Of a stretch of DNA of 33,186 bases, positions 24,706 to 33,186 are shown one piece after another. The translations under genes and the position numbers were made by a program. The first letter of the stretch is position 1. Every line of letters begins with the position of its first letter. The notes beneath the pieces were generated by a model. The model was not told where the DNA came from. It ran no database searches and saw only the letters and a list, made by a program, of their open reading frames with translations. Source of the DNA: Candidatus Rokuibacteriota bacterium (lineage in GTDB: Bacteria > Methylomirabilota > Methylomirabilia > Rokubacteriales > DASRDR01); contig JBIOTN010000020.1 in assembly GCA_044866005.1 (NCBI GenBank), forward strand, positions 1 through 33,186, given 5' to 3'.

Positions 24706-24820
24706 GCCGACCAAGACGCCGCGCCTGCCTCCGCACCACCGCAGCGCTCGCTGCCGCTCCGCGCGGCGGCTTCGCCGCCGCAAACCGGGCGGCATCGGGG
24801 GGTCTTCCGGGACCCCCCGA
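24706..24820. repeat. REP-like element C, copy 3 (diverged)
   Basis: Shares GCCGACCA, AGCGCTC and GCGCGGCGGCTTCGCCGCCGCAA (identical to 8432-8454), plus a terminal TCGGGGGG..CCCCCCGA hairpin. Confidence 0.7.
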
Positions 24821-24826
24821 AGAGAC

Positions 24827-25555
24827 CTAGGCGAGGTGCCGCTTGAAGAACGCGAGCGTCTTGCCCCAGGCGTCGCGCGCGTCCTTCTCCCGGTAACTCT
24901 CGCGATGGTCGTTGAAGAACGCGTGGGGGGCGCCGTCGTAGACGTGGAACTCGACGGTCTTGCCGTGACGCCGGGCGGCGGCCTCCAGTTCGCGGGCCTG
25001 CTCGACGGGGATGCCGTGGTCGGCGCCGGCGAAGATGCCGAGGAGCGGGCTCTTGAGCTCGGGCACGTAGTCGATCGGGTGCTTCGGCTTGACCTCCGTG
25101 AGGTCCGGGTAGCGGACCCGGCCGTAGAAGTCCGCGACGGCCTGGATGGGCTCGTGGCATGCCAGCAGGAGCGCCCACGCCCCGCCCATGCAGAATCCGA
25201 TGGCGGCGATCCGGTCCGCGCGCACCTCGGGGCGGGCCCGGAGGAAGGCGCACGCCGCCCGGAGGTCGCCGACGATCCGGCGGTCGGGAATCGTGAACGC
25301 GAACTTGCGCAGGATCTCGAGGTCCTGCGACGGCGCGCCGCCCTCGCGCGAGTACATGTCCGGCGCGAGCGCGACGTAGCCTTCCCGCGCGAAGCGGTCG
25401 GCCACGTCCTCGATGTGCGGCGTCAGGCCCCAGATCTCCTGGATGACGACGACCGCCGGCCGCCGACCCGGCTCGCCGGGGACGGCCAGATGCGCGCCGA
25501 GCCGATCGCCGCCGCTCTCGAAGCTGACCGCATTGCTCCGAATGGTCTGCGCCAT
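24827..25555 (-). CDS. Dienelactone hydrolase family protein
   Basis: QEIWGL, APD, GFCMGG nucleophile elbow, D.GIP, HAFFND motifs. Confidence 0.93.
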   Translation of the reverse strand: MAQTIRSNAVSFESGGDRLGAHLAVPGEPGRRPAVVVIQEIWGLTPHIEDVADRFAREGYVALAPDMYSREGGAPSQDLEILRKFAFTIPDRRIVGDLRAACAFLRARPEVRADRIAAIGFCMGGAWALLLACHEPIQAVADFYGRVRYPDLTEVKPKHPIDYVPELKSPLLGIFAGADHGIPVEQARELEAAARRHGKTVEFHVYDGAPHAFFNDHRESYREKDARDAWGKTLAFFKRHLA

Positions 25556-25564
25556 GTCGCCTCC

Positions 25565-25936
25565 TCAGCCGGGTTCAGGAGCGCCTTCGACGTACCCCCG
25601 GAGCAGCTCGGGGAGCTTTTCCGTGAGCGTCTCCCGCGTCACCACCCTGTCGCACCGCGCGTGGAGCGGCTTGGTGGTCGCCCACAGAGCGTGGGTCGTC
25701 CAGCCGAGCACGGGCGCCGGACGGCCCGCCGCGTCGATCGCACGGAGCGCCGCCTCGAAGTCGAACGCGTCCGCGGTGAGGTCGATCATGATGAGCCCGG
25801 GGCGCTCCGCCAGCGCGTTCCGGAAGTCTTCCACCGAACGCGCGGCGCGGAACGGGTAGCCGAGGCGCCGCGCCGTCTCCCCGATCCGGCTGCTGAAGAG
25901 AAGGTCGCGCACGAGGGCGAGGACGGGTTGCGTCAT
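25565..25936 (-). CDS. Stand-alone atypical receiver (CheY-like) domain protein
   Basis: DLLFSSRI N-terminus, PGLIMIDL with the phospho-Asp position, about 123 aa. The conserved Lys appears to be replaced by Arg. Confidence 0.65.
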   Translation of the reverse strand: MTQPVLALVRDLLFSSRIGETARRLGYPFRAARSVEDFRNALAERPGLIMIDLTADAFDFEAALRAIDAAGRPAPVLGWTTHALWATTKPLHARCDRVVTRETLTEKLPELLRGYVEGAPEPG

Positions 25937-25949
25937 GCCACGGTGCCTG

Positions 25950-26507
25950 TCAGTCGCGGGGAGCCCCGCCGGGGTCCGGGTGACCGCCGTACCGGGTCCA
26001 CTCATGGAGGTGGGAGAGCGTGGCCAGATCGCGCATCCGGTCCAGGTACACCGTGCCCTCCAGGTGGTCGGTCTCGTGCTGGAGGACGCGGGCGAAGAAG
26101 TCTTTGGCCAGGAGCTCGATCCGCTCGCCCTTCCGGTCGAGCGCCTCCAGGCGGACCGCGGCGAACCGCGGCGTGACCCCTCGAAAGTCGGGGATCGACA
26201 GGCAGCCCTCCCAGTCCGGCACCGTCTCCTCGCCGACGGGCGTGAGGACGGGGTTCACGATCACCATGAGCGGGATCCGCGGCATGTCGGGGTAGCGCGG
26301 ATGCGACTCCACCTCCAGGACGGCGAGCCGCAGCGAGACGTGGACCTGAGGCGCGGCGAGGCCGACGCCGTCGTACTCGTGCATCGTCTCGACCATGTCG
26401 TCGATGAGCCGCTGGGTTTCGGGACGGGTGATCGCCGCCACGGGAACCGGGTCGGCGACGCGGCGGAGCACGGGATGCCCCAGGCGGGCGACCTTCAGGA
26501 TGGCCAT
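25950..26507 (-). CDS. def: Peptide deformylase
   Basis: GVGLAAPQ, EGCLS, QHETDHL motifs. TGCTAAGAT extended -10 at 26550-26558. Confidence 0.97.
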   Translation of the reverse strand: MAILKVARLGHPVLRRVADPVPVAAITRPETQRLIDDMVETMHEYDGVGLAAPQVHVSLRLAVLEVESHPRYPDMPRIPLMVIVNPVLTPVGEETVPDWEGCLSIPDFRGVTPRFAAVRLEALDRKGERIELLAKDFFARVLQHETDHLEGTVYLDRMRDLATLSHLHEWTRYGGHPDPGGAPRD

Positions 26508-26856
26508 CGGATCTCTGTCGGACGCCGCACCCGGCGCCGCGACAGGGCAATCTTAGCACAGCGGCGGGGAGACGAGCCGGCGGCCGGGCGAAGGCCGAGG
26601 GGCGGATCGGACGCCCGGCTCACCCGACGGGCTCCAGCGACCCGGAGAGGCCGCGCCGGCGGGGCCCCGGGCGGGGTCAGCCCCGAGCGGCCGGCTCCAG
26701 CCGCCCACCTGCGGGACCGCGAGCGGAACGCGGGACCCGCCCGGGCCGAGCGCAGCGCCGTCGAGCCGCCTGAGAGCGGACCGAGGAGGCCGATCAGCGT
26801 GCCCAGCATGACCATGTTGCGCGAGTAGGTGAGCTGGAGGAGCGGTAGGAGGCGCG

Positions 26857-27831
26857 CTACTCGACGCGGCCGACGCGGCGGACCCCTTCGGCGAGGACCC
26901 GGGCGTCGCGGTCCCAGAACCGCTGGAACTCCTCGGCGTCGAGGTAGTGGATCGGCGTCTCCAGCTTGGCCATGGCACCCGTGAACTCGGGATCGGCCAC
27001 CGCCTGCCGGGTGGCGTCGCGCAGCGCCTTCATCGCGGCGGCCGGCGTGGCCTTGGGCGCGAAGAGGCCGGCCCAGATGTAGAACTCGACGTTGTGGCCG
27101 AGCTCCTTGAGGGTCGGCACCTCCGGCAGGGCAGCCAGTCGCTTCTCGCCCCAGCCGGCCAGCGCGCGAAGGGTCCCCGCCCGGAGATGCGGGATCGCCA
27201 CGCTCGGCCCCGACGCCAGCGCGTCGACGTGCCCGCCGAGGAGCGCCGTCATCGCCGGGCCGCCGCCGGCGTACGGGACGTGCCGCAGCTTGATCCCGGC
27301 CGCGTGGGAGAAGAGCTCCATGGCCATGTGGAGCGTGCCGTAGACGCCGGAGGAGCTGAACGTGATGGCGCCGGGCCGTCGCCTGGCGTCCGCCACCAGG
27401 TCGGCGACGCTCTTCCACGGGCTGCCGGCCCGGACCACGAGCACGGTCGGATCGGCGCTCAGGAGCGCGATCGGCGCGAACTGATCGCGCGTGTACGCGG
27501 GCTCGCGCCCGAACAGCCGGTCGACCTCGGGGATGATGGAGATGCTGGACAGCGCGAGCAGGAGGGTGTGCCCGTCCGGCTTCGCGGTCGCCACCGACTG
27601 CATGCCCACCGCGCCCGCGGCCCCGCTCTTGTTCACCACGGCCACCGGCTGCTTCACGATCCGCTCCAGCACCGGAGCGAGCGGCCGCGCGTGCAGATCC
27701 GCGACCCCGCCCGGCGGAAACGGGACGACGATCTGGAGCGGCCGCGAGGGGAAGGGCTCCTGCGCGGCGGCGGGGCCGCCCGCGCCGAGCCAGGCCAGGA
27801 GCAGGACGACGACCGCTGCCTTCACGCGCAT
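26857..27831 (-). CDS. tctC: Tripartite tricarboxylate transporter substrate-binding protein (Bug/TctC)
   Basis: Signal peptide MRVKAAVVVLLLAW, then IVVPFPPGG..D, VVNKSGAAG, HVPYAGGGPA, PEVPT motifs. Confidence 0.92.
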   Translation of the reverse strand: MRVKAAVVVLLLAWLGAGGPAAAQEPFPSRPLQIVVPFPPGGVADLHARPLAPVLERIVKQPVAVVNKSGAAGAVGMQSVATAKPDGHTLLLALSSISIIPEVDRLFGREPAYTRDQFAPIALLSADPTVLVVRAGSPWKSVADLVADARRRPGAITFSSSGVYGTLHMAMELFSHAAGIKLRHVPYAGGGPAMTALLGGHVDALASGPSVAIPHLRAGTLRALAGWGEKRLAALPEVPTLKELGHNVEFYIWAGLFAPKATPAAAMKALRDATRQAVADPEFTGAMAKLETPIHYLDAEEFQRFWDRDARVLAEGVRRVGRVE

Positions 27832-27863
27832 GGGGTTCCCCTCGTGGAAGCACGGCATTCGCG

Positions 27864-29399
27864 TCACTTCCGGTCCACGACCTCGAGCCCGATGCCCTCG
27901 ACCGGGCCGGGCGCCGGCCCCGGGCCCGGCCCGCGTCTCCGCAGGGACACCAGGATAAGGCCCGCCGCGACGGCGAGCAAGGTGGTCGCGATGGGGCGCT
28001 GGACGAAGATGGCGTAGCTCCCGCCCGACAGCGCGAGCGACTGCCGGAGGCTCATCTCCAGCATCGGGCCGAGGACCAGGCCGAGGACGACCGGCGCCAG
28101 CTCGAAGCCGAGCTTGCGGAGCAGATAGCCCAGGGCGCCCATGACGGCCATGATCCACACGTCGGTCACGCTCCCGTTCACCGCGTAGACCCCGAGGACC
28201 GAGAAGACGAGGATCAGCGGATAGAGGATCGGATACGGGATGCGGAGCAGGTTGACGAAGAGGCCGACGAGCGGCAGGTTCAGGATCAGCAGCATCACGT
28301 TGCCGACGTACATGCTGGCGATGAAGCCCCAGAAGAGGGCCGGCTGCTCGCGGATCAGGAGCGGCCCCGGGCTCACCCCGTGGATCATCATCGCGGCGAT
28401 CATGACCGCCGTGATCGGTCCCGACGGGACGCCCAGCGCGAGCATCGGCACGAAGGCGCCCGAGGTGGCGGCGTTGTTGGCCGACTCGGGGCCGGCCACG
28501 CCCTCCACCGCCCCTTCCCCGAACCGCTCGGGGTGGGCGGAGAGCCGGCGCTCCACCGCGTAGGAGACGAAGCTCGAGATGATGTGGGCCGACCCCGGGA
28601 TGATCCCGATCAGGAAGCCGAGGAGCGTGCCCCGGCCGATCGGCGCCGCGGCGTCGCGCCACTCGGCGCGCGACGGCAGGAGCTCGCGCCAGCTGGGCCG
28701 CAGCACCTCGGGCGGGGTGGCCTGCCCCGCCGTCGCCAGGATCTCCGCGACGCCGAACAGCCCCACCGCGACGGGGACGATGCCGATGCCGTCCCCGAGC
28801 TCGACCAGGCCATAGGAGAAGCGGAAGAAGCCGGTCATCGGGTCGATGCCGATCATCCCCAGGAGCAGCCCCAGGACCGCCATGGCGAGGGCCTTGGGGA
28901 CCGAGCCCCCGCTCATGTAGCCGAGCACGATGAGGCCGAGCACGAGGAGCGCACAGTACTCGGGGGGGCCGAAGCGGAGGGCGAAGCGCGCCAGCGGCGG
29001 CGCGAGCAGCATGAGCCCCACGACGGAGAGCGTGCCGGCGACGTAGGAGCCCACGGCCGCGATCGTCAGGGCCGCGCCGGCGCGCCCCTTGCGCGCCATG
29101 GCGTAGCCGTCGAGGCACGTCACCACCGAGGCGGCCTCGCCGGGGATCCGCATGAGGATGGAGGTGGTCGAGCCGCCGTACATCGCGCCGTAGTAGATGC
29201 CGGCCAGGAGCACGACCGCCGAGGTGGCGTCGAGGCCGAAGGTGGCCGGGAGGAGCAGGCTGATCCCCGCCAGCGGCCCGATCCCGGGCAGGACGCCCAC
29301 CAGGGTCCCGACCAGGCAGCCCGCGAAGGCGTGCAGCAGGACCTTGGGCGCGAGCGCCACCGCGAACCCGAGTCCCAGGTTGACGAGCGTCTCGTTCAC
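27864..29399 (-). CDS. tctA: Tripartite tricarboxylate transporter large subunit
   Basis: GVLPGIGP, YYGAMYGGS, IPGE, FGPPEY, GPESANNA, LALGVP motifs. Confidence 0.95.
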   Translation of the reverse strand: MNETLVNLGLGFAVALAPKVLLHAFAGCLVGTLVGVLPGIGPLAGISLLLPATFGLDATSAVVLLAGIYYGAMYGGSTTSILMRIPGEAASVVTCLDGYAMARKGRAGAALTIAAVGSYVAGTLSVVGLMLLAPPLARFALRFGPPEYCALLVLGLIVLGYMSGGSVPKALAMAVLGLLLGMIGIDPMTGFFRFSYGLVELGDGIGIVPVAVGLFGVAEILATAGQATPPEVLRPSWRELLPSRAEWRDAAAPIGRGTLLGFLIGIIPGSAHIISSFVSYAVERRLSAHPERFGEGAVEGVAGPESANNAATSGAFVPMLALGVPSGPITAVMIAAMMIHGVSPGPLLIREQPALFWGFIASMYVGNVMLLILNLPLVGLFVNLLRIPYPILYPLILVFSVLGVYAVNGSVTDVWIMAVMGALGYLLRKLGFELAPVVLGLVLGPMLEMSLRQSLALSGGSYAIFVQRPIATTLLAVAAGLILVSLRRRGPGPGPAPGPVEGIGLEVVDRK

Positions 29400-29840
29400 T
29401 CAGATCCCGAGCGGGCCCCGCGGCAGCGGGACCCGGAGGAGCGTGTGGAAGACCCAGAACGAGCCCGCCGCCACCCCGATCGCGACCAGGGCGACGACCC
29501 AGAGCCGCCGTCGCTCCACGACGCCGAGGAGGAACGCGAGGAGGACGAGCACCGTCAGCCGATAGCCCACGCGCTCGAGGGCGAGGGCGGCGAACGCCGC
29601 CGCGCCGAGAATCGCCAGCGCGCGCGGCGCCTCGGCCCAGCCGAGCGAGGCGATCGCCGGCGAGGCTTGCCCGCGCGCCAGGACGATGACGGCGAGGGCG
29701 CCGAGCAGCACGGCGAGCCCCAGCGGAAAGTAGCCGGGTCCCGGGCCGTGGTGAGTGCCGAGAGGCAGCCGGCGGCTCTCCCAGGCGACGACCAGCGCGA
29801 AGGCGAGCAGCGCGGCGCCCCCCGCCCGGTCGACGGTCAC
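29400..29840 (-). CDS. tctB: Tripartite tricarboxylate transporter small subunit
   Basis: GPGPGYFP, four TM segments, F...L.VPLPRG. Adjacent to tctA. Confidence 0.9.
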   Translation of the reverse strand: MTVDRAGGAALLAFALVVAWESRRLPLGTHHGPGPGYFPLGLAVLLGALAVIVLARGQASPAIASLGWAEAPRALAILGAAAFAALALERVGYRLTVLVLLAFLLGVVERRRLWVVALVAIGVAAGSFWVFHTLLRVPLPRGPLGI

Positions 29841-29859
29841 GGGGCCGGCCGCCGCCGCA

Positions 29860-30450
29860 TCAGACCGTCGCGAGCGTGACGAAGCGAGCGCCCGCGTCGC
29901 TCATCGCGAGGATCGCCCGCTCTCCGTCGCCGGGCTTCACGTCGACCGCCCGGATCGCGTCCTTCAGCACGAGCACCTCGAAGCCCTCGCGCAGGGCGTC
30001 GAGGACCGTCGCCTTCACGCAGTAGTCGGTGGCGAGCCCCCCGACGCACAGCCGCCGGACGCCACGCTCCCTCAGGACCGTCGCGAACGGCACGCCGCGG
30101 GCATCCTCGGCCTGGAAGGCCGAGTAGGCGTCCTGCTCGGGGTCCATGCCCTTGGAGACCACGACGGCCGACGCCGGCAGGGCGAGGTCGCCGTGGAAGG
30201 CCGCCCCCGGCGTCCCCTGCACGCAGTGCGGCGGCCAGCTGCCGCCGTACGCCTGGAAGTGCCGGGTCCGCGCCGGGTGCCAGTCGCGGGAGGCGACGAC
30301 CGGCGCGCCCCGCTCCCCGAAGCGGGCGATGTAGCGGTTCAGGACCGGCACGACCTCGTCACCCCGCGCGACGGCCAGGGCGCCGCCCGGGCAGAAGTCG
30401 TTCTGCACGTCCACGACCACCAGCGCGTCACGCGTGGGGTCGATCGGCAT
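29860..30450 (-). CDS. pncA: Nicotinamidase/pyrazinamidase
   Basis: DVQNDFCPGGAL, DWHP, WPPHCVQGT.GA, SKG, YSAF, GLATDYCV motifs. Confidence 0.95.
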   Translation of the reverse strand: MPIDPTRDALVVVDVQNDFCPGGALAVARGDEVVPVLNRYIARFGERGAPVVASRDWHPARTRHFQAYGGSWPPHCVQGTPGAAFHGDLALPASAVVVSKGMDPEQDAYSAFQAEDARGVPFATVLRERGVRRLCVGGLATDYCVKATVLDALREGFEVLVLKDAIRAVDVKPGDGERAILAMSDAGARFVTLATV

Positions 30451-31133
30451 GCCCGTCCCTCCTGGCGGCCGGCCCGGCGAGCGCGGCCTCGATCTCGCGC
30501 CTCACCCCCTCGTCCGGCTCGCGGCCACGCGCCGCGCCGAGCGCCTCGCGCGCCGCCGGCCCGCCCAGCCGTCCCAGCGCCCAGGCGGCGTGCCCGCGCA
30601 CGTCCGGGTCGGCGTCGCCGAGCGCGGCGACGAGCGCCGGGATGGCCGAGCGGTCGCCCGTGTTGGCGAGCACGACGGCCGCGCTCCGCGCCAGTCCGCG
30701 GCGCCGAGCGCGGCGGAGCGGGCTCTTCCGGAGGCGGCCGCGGAGTCCCTCCTCGTCCAGCGCGACCATGTCGGCCGGCGACGGCAGCTCGCGGGGGAGG
30801 AAGGCGCCCTCCCGGGTGATCGGCGCCCGCCGGTTCCACGGGCAGACGTCCTGGCAGACGTCGCAGCCGAAGGCCAGGCCCCCGAGGCCCGCGCGCAGCG
30901 CGGCGGGGATCGGGCCGCGGTGCTCGATCGTGAGATAGGAGACGCAGCGGCGCGCGTCGAGAACGTAGGGGGCGACGAACGCCCCGGTCGGACAGGCCTC
31001 GAGGCACCGGGTGCAGCTCCCGCACCGGTCGGCCAGGGGCGCGTCCGCGTCGAGCGCGGCCGTGGTCAGGATGAGCCCCAGGAAGAAGAACGAGCCGAGC
31101 TCCGGGTGGAGCAGCATCGTGTTCTTCCCGATC
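30428..31133 (-). pseudogene. queG: Epoxyqueuosine reductase, 5'-truncated (C-terminal half only)
   Basis: IGKNTMLL, CGSCTRCLEACP, CVSYLTIEH, FGCDVCQDVCPWN and a HEAT-like tail. Homology stops abruptly at about 31133. Confidence 0.88.
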
Positions 31134-31134
31134 C

Positions 31135-32115
31135 GACGAGCTGCGTGAGCTCGGGACGACGATCCTGCTCGGCAGCACGTACCACCTGCACGTCCGGCCG
31201 GGTGAAGACCTGATCGCCGAGCTCGGCGGGCTGCACCGCTTTATGGGCTGGGACCGGCCGATCCTGACCGACTCGGGCGGGTTCCAGGTCTTCTCGCTTC
31301 GCGACACGATCGCCTCGGTCGACGACGACGGCGTCACCTTCCGTTCCGTGTACGACGGCTCGCTCGCGCGCTTCACGCCCGAGTCGGTCGCAGCGATCCA
31401 GGCCAAGCTTGCATCTGACATTGCGATGTGCCTCGACATCTGCCCGCCGGTGGGCGTCGACCGCGTCGACCTGGCCGAGGCGGTGCGACGCACGACGCTA
31501 TGGGCGGCGCGGCAGCGCAAGGCGCCGCGCGCAGAGGGACAGCTCCTGTTCGGCATTGCGCAGGGCGCCTCCGATCCGGACCTCCGCCGCCGCTCGATCG
31601 CGGAACTCGGCGAGCTCGAGTTCGACGGCTATGCGCTCGGAGGCCTCGCGATCGGAGAAGAGCGGGGCGAGATGTTCGAGACGACCGCGTGGGGCGCCGA
31701 GCTCCTGCCGCCGGACAAGCCCCACTACTTCATGGGCATCGGCGACCCCGAGGGCGTGCTCGAGGTGATCGAGCGTGGGATGGACATGTTCGACTGCGTC
31801 CTGCCGACGCGAACGGCGCGCACCGGCAGCGCGCTCACCTGGGAGGGACGGCTCAATCTCCGCAATGCGCGCTTCGCCCGCGACCCGCGTCCGCTCGACG
31901 AAGACTGTGCCTGCCCCGCCTGCGCTCGCTTCTCCCGCGGATACCTTCGACATCTCGTCAACCAGCAGGAGCTCCTCGGCCTGCGCCTGTTGAGCCTCCA
32001 CAATCTACGATTCCTGGTCGAACTCACCGCGAACGCACGCGCGGCGATCGAGCAACGGCGGCTGGGGGCCTACAAGGCCGAAGCGCTCGGCCGGCTCGCC
32101 GCCGCGGCCGTGTGA
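31135..32115 (+). CDS. tgt: tRNA-guanine transglycosylase, 5'-truncated
   Basis: Begins mid-gene (DELRELG...TYHL..RPG). TDSGGFQVFSL, DMFDCVLPTR, C.CPAC and HNL motifs present. The N-terminal HG...TP.FMPVGT region is missing. Confidence 0.92.
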   Translation, partial: DELRELGTTILLGSTYHLHVRPGEDLIAELGGLHRFMGWDRPILTDSGGFQVFSLRDTIASVDDDGVTFRSVYDGSLARFTPESVAAIQAKLASDIAMCLDICPPVGVDRVDLAEAVRRTTLWAARQRKAPRAEGQLLFGIAQGASDPDLRRRSIAELGELEFDGYALGGLAIGEERGEMFETTAWGAELLPPDKPHYFMGIGDPEGVLEVIERGMDMFDCVLPTRTARTGSALTWEGRLNLRNARFARDPRPLDEDCACPACARFSRGYLRHLVNQQELLGLRLLSLHNLRFLVELTANARAAIEQRRLGAYKAEALGRLAAAAV

Positions 32116-32124
32116 GGAGGCTCG

Positions 32125-32454
32125 ATGGGCGGTTACATCTTCATTCTCGTCCTGCTGCTGCTGATGTGGTTCCTGCTCATCAGGCCGCAGCGGCGCCGCC
32201 AGCTTGACCAGCAGCGGATGATCGAGTCGCTCGCGGTCGGGAAGGAGATCGTGACCGCCGGCGGGCTCTACGGAACGGTCACGCGAGTCGAGGCGGACGA
32301 GGTGCGTCTCGAGATCGCGGATGGGCTCGAGGTCCGCATCGCCAAGCGCGCGGTCGCCGGGATTGTCTCCGAGGAGGAAGAGGAAGAGGAACCCGCCGAG
32401 CTCGAGGAGGCGGAGGAGCCGGAGGAGGAGACCCCGGCTAACCTGTCCCGCTAG
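32125..32454 (+). CDS. yajC: Preprotein translocase subunit YajC
   Basis: FLLIRPQRRR, EIVTAGGLYGTV motifs. GAGGAGG RBS. Lies between tgt and secD. Confidence 0.95.
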   Translation: MGGYIFILVLLLLMWFLLIRPQRRRQLDQQRMIESLAVGKEIVTAGGLYGTVTRVEADEVRLEIADGLEVRIAKRAVAGIVSEEEEEEEPAELEEAEEPEEETPANLSR

Positions 32455-32456
32455 GC

Positions 32457-33186
32457 GTGTCCGACCGCCGTAGACATCTCCTCGTCCTGAGCTTCCTCGC
32501 CGCGGCGCTGGCCGGCGTGGCCTTGCTTGCCATCCCGGGTTCGCCCGCGCACCGCAGTCCGACGCTCGGTCTCGACCTGCAGGGCGGGCTCGAGGTCGTG
32601 CTGGAGGCCGTCCCGCCCAAGGGTCACAAACTGACGGACACGGACCTGGACCGTTCGGTCGAGATCATGCGCAACCGGATCGACAAGCTCGGCGTCTCCG
32701 AGCCCGAGATCCGCAAGCAGGGCGACGACCAGATCGTGATCCAGCTCGCCGGCGTCCACGATCCGAAGGCCGCCGCGGCGCTGATCGGCAAGACCGCCGT
32801 GCTGGAGTTCTACGACTTCGAGGCCGACCTCACAGGTCCCTCGATCAGCGGCGGCCTGACGACGAAGGCTCCGGTCGCGACGGGCAGCCTCTTCGAGCTC
32901 CTCTCTGCGCCGCAGACGCAGGCGCTCGCCGACAAGGGTGCGTCGCAGTGGTACCTGTTCAACCCGAAGCGGGTGGTGAAAGCAGGGCCGACCCCGACGA
33001 AGAAGGCTCTGCTCAACAGTGAGATCGTCCAGAGGCCGAAGGCGAAAGGTGGCCTCGGCAAGCACATTCCGAAGGACTGGACGATCCTCACTGTTCCAAA
33101 GAACACCGTGGTCGTGAGCTGCGACGTCGAGGGGGGCAACTGCCTGGGCATTCAGCAGGCCACGAAGAAGGTCTTCTACCTCCTCA
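32457..33186 (+). CDS. secD: Protein translocase subunit SecD (partial, runs off the window)
   Basis: GTG start, a TM helix, LGLDLQGGLEVVL, RNRIDKLGVSEP, IVIQLAGV, IGKTA.LEF. Absent from the ORF track because it has no stop in the window. Confidence 0.95.
   Translation, partial: MSDRRRHLLVLSFLAAALAGVALLAIPGSPAHRSPTLGLDLQGGLEVVLEAVPPKGHKLTDTDLDRSVEIMRNRIDKLGVSEPEIRKQGDDQIVIQLAGVHDPKAAAALIGKTAVLEFYDFEADLTGPSISGGLTTKAPVATGSLFELLSAPQTQALADKGASQWYLFNPKRVVKAGPTPTKKALLNSEIVQRPKAKGGLGKHIPKDWTILTVPKNTVVVSCDVEGGNCLGIQQATKKVFYLL

Noticed and set aside
26857..29118. 753-aa ORF as a long TctC fusion
   Set aside because: The upstream part is an alternative frame over tctA. The real start, with RBS and signal peptide, is at 27831.

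Overview
Very GC-rich bacterial DNA, almost all of it coding. Gene content and REP-like repeats in 1-31130 suggest a Rokubacteria/Methylomirabilota-like diderm (inference). Left to right: a probable IS110-type right end; tldD; a BtuF-like binding protein; a TPP-riboswitch-controlled thiS-thiG-thiE-thiO operon; dppABC-type ABC genes; YyaL-, YgfZ- and AMMECR1-family genes; a four-gene minus-strand operon (13985-18301); a short mutY followed by a UDG-Nudix fusion; small, membrane and hypothetical genes; a PAL-like NHL protein; a collapsed amidohydrolase pseudogene; lipoprotein, ferritin-like, dienelactone hydrolase and receiver genes; def; tctCAB; pncA. At about 31130-31135 a 5'-truncated queG is joined back-to-back to a 5'-truncated tgt followed by yajC-secD of different character, most likely a chimeric junction. 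The most novel element is the 13985-18301 operon. It encodes a radical SAM/SPASM maturase, a 390-aa putative Tat-exported protein with a 19-Cys 'Cys-every-fifth' core and a Pro/Thr tail, a TPR + beta-barrel outer-membrane protein (Slam/DUF560-like) and a Pro-rich secreted protein. Together these look like a system that cross-links a protein post-translationally and displays it at the surface. All family assignments come from motif recognition, not database searches.
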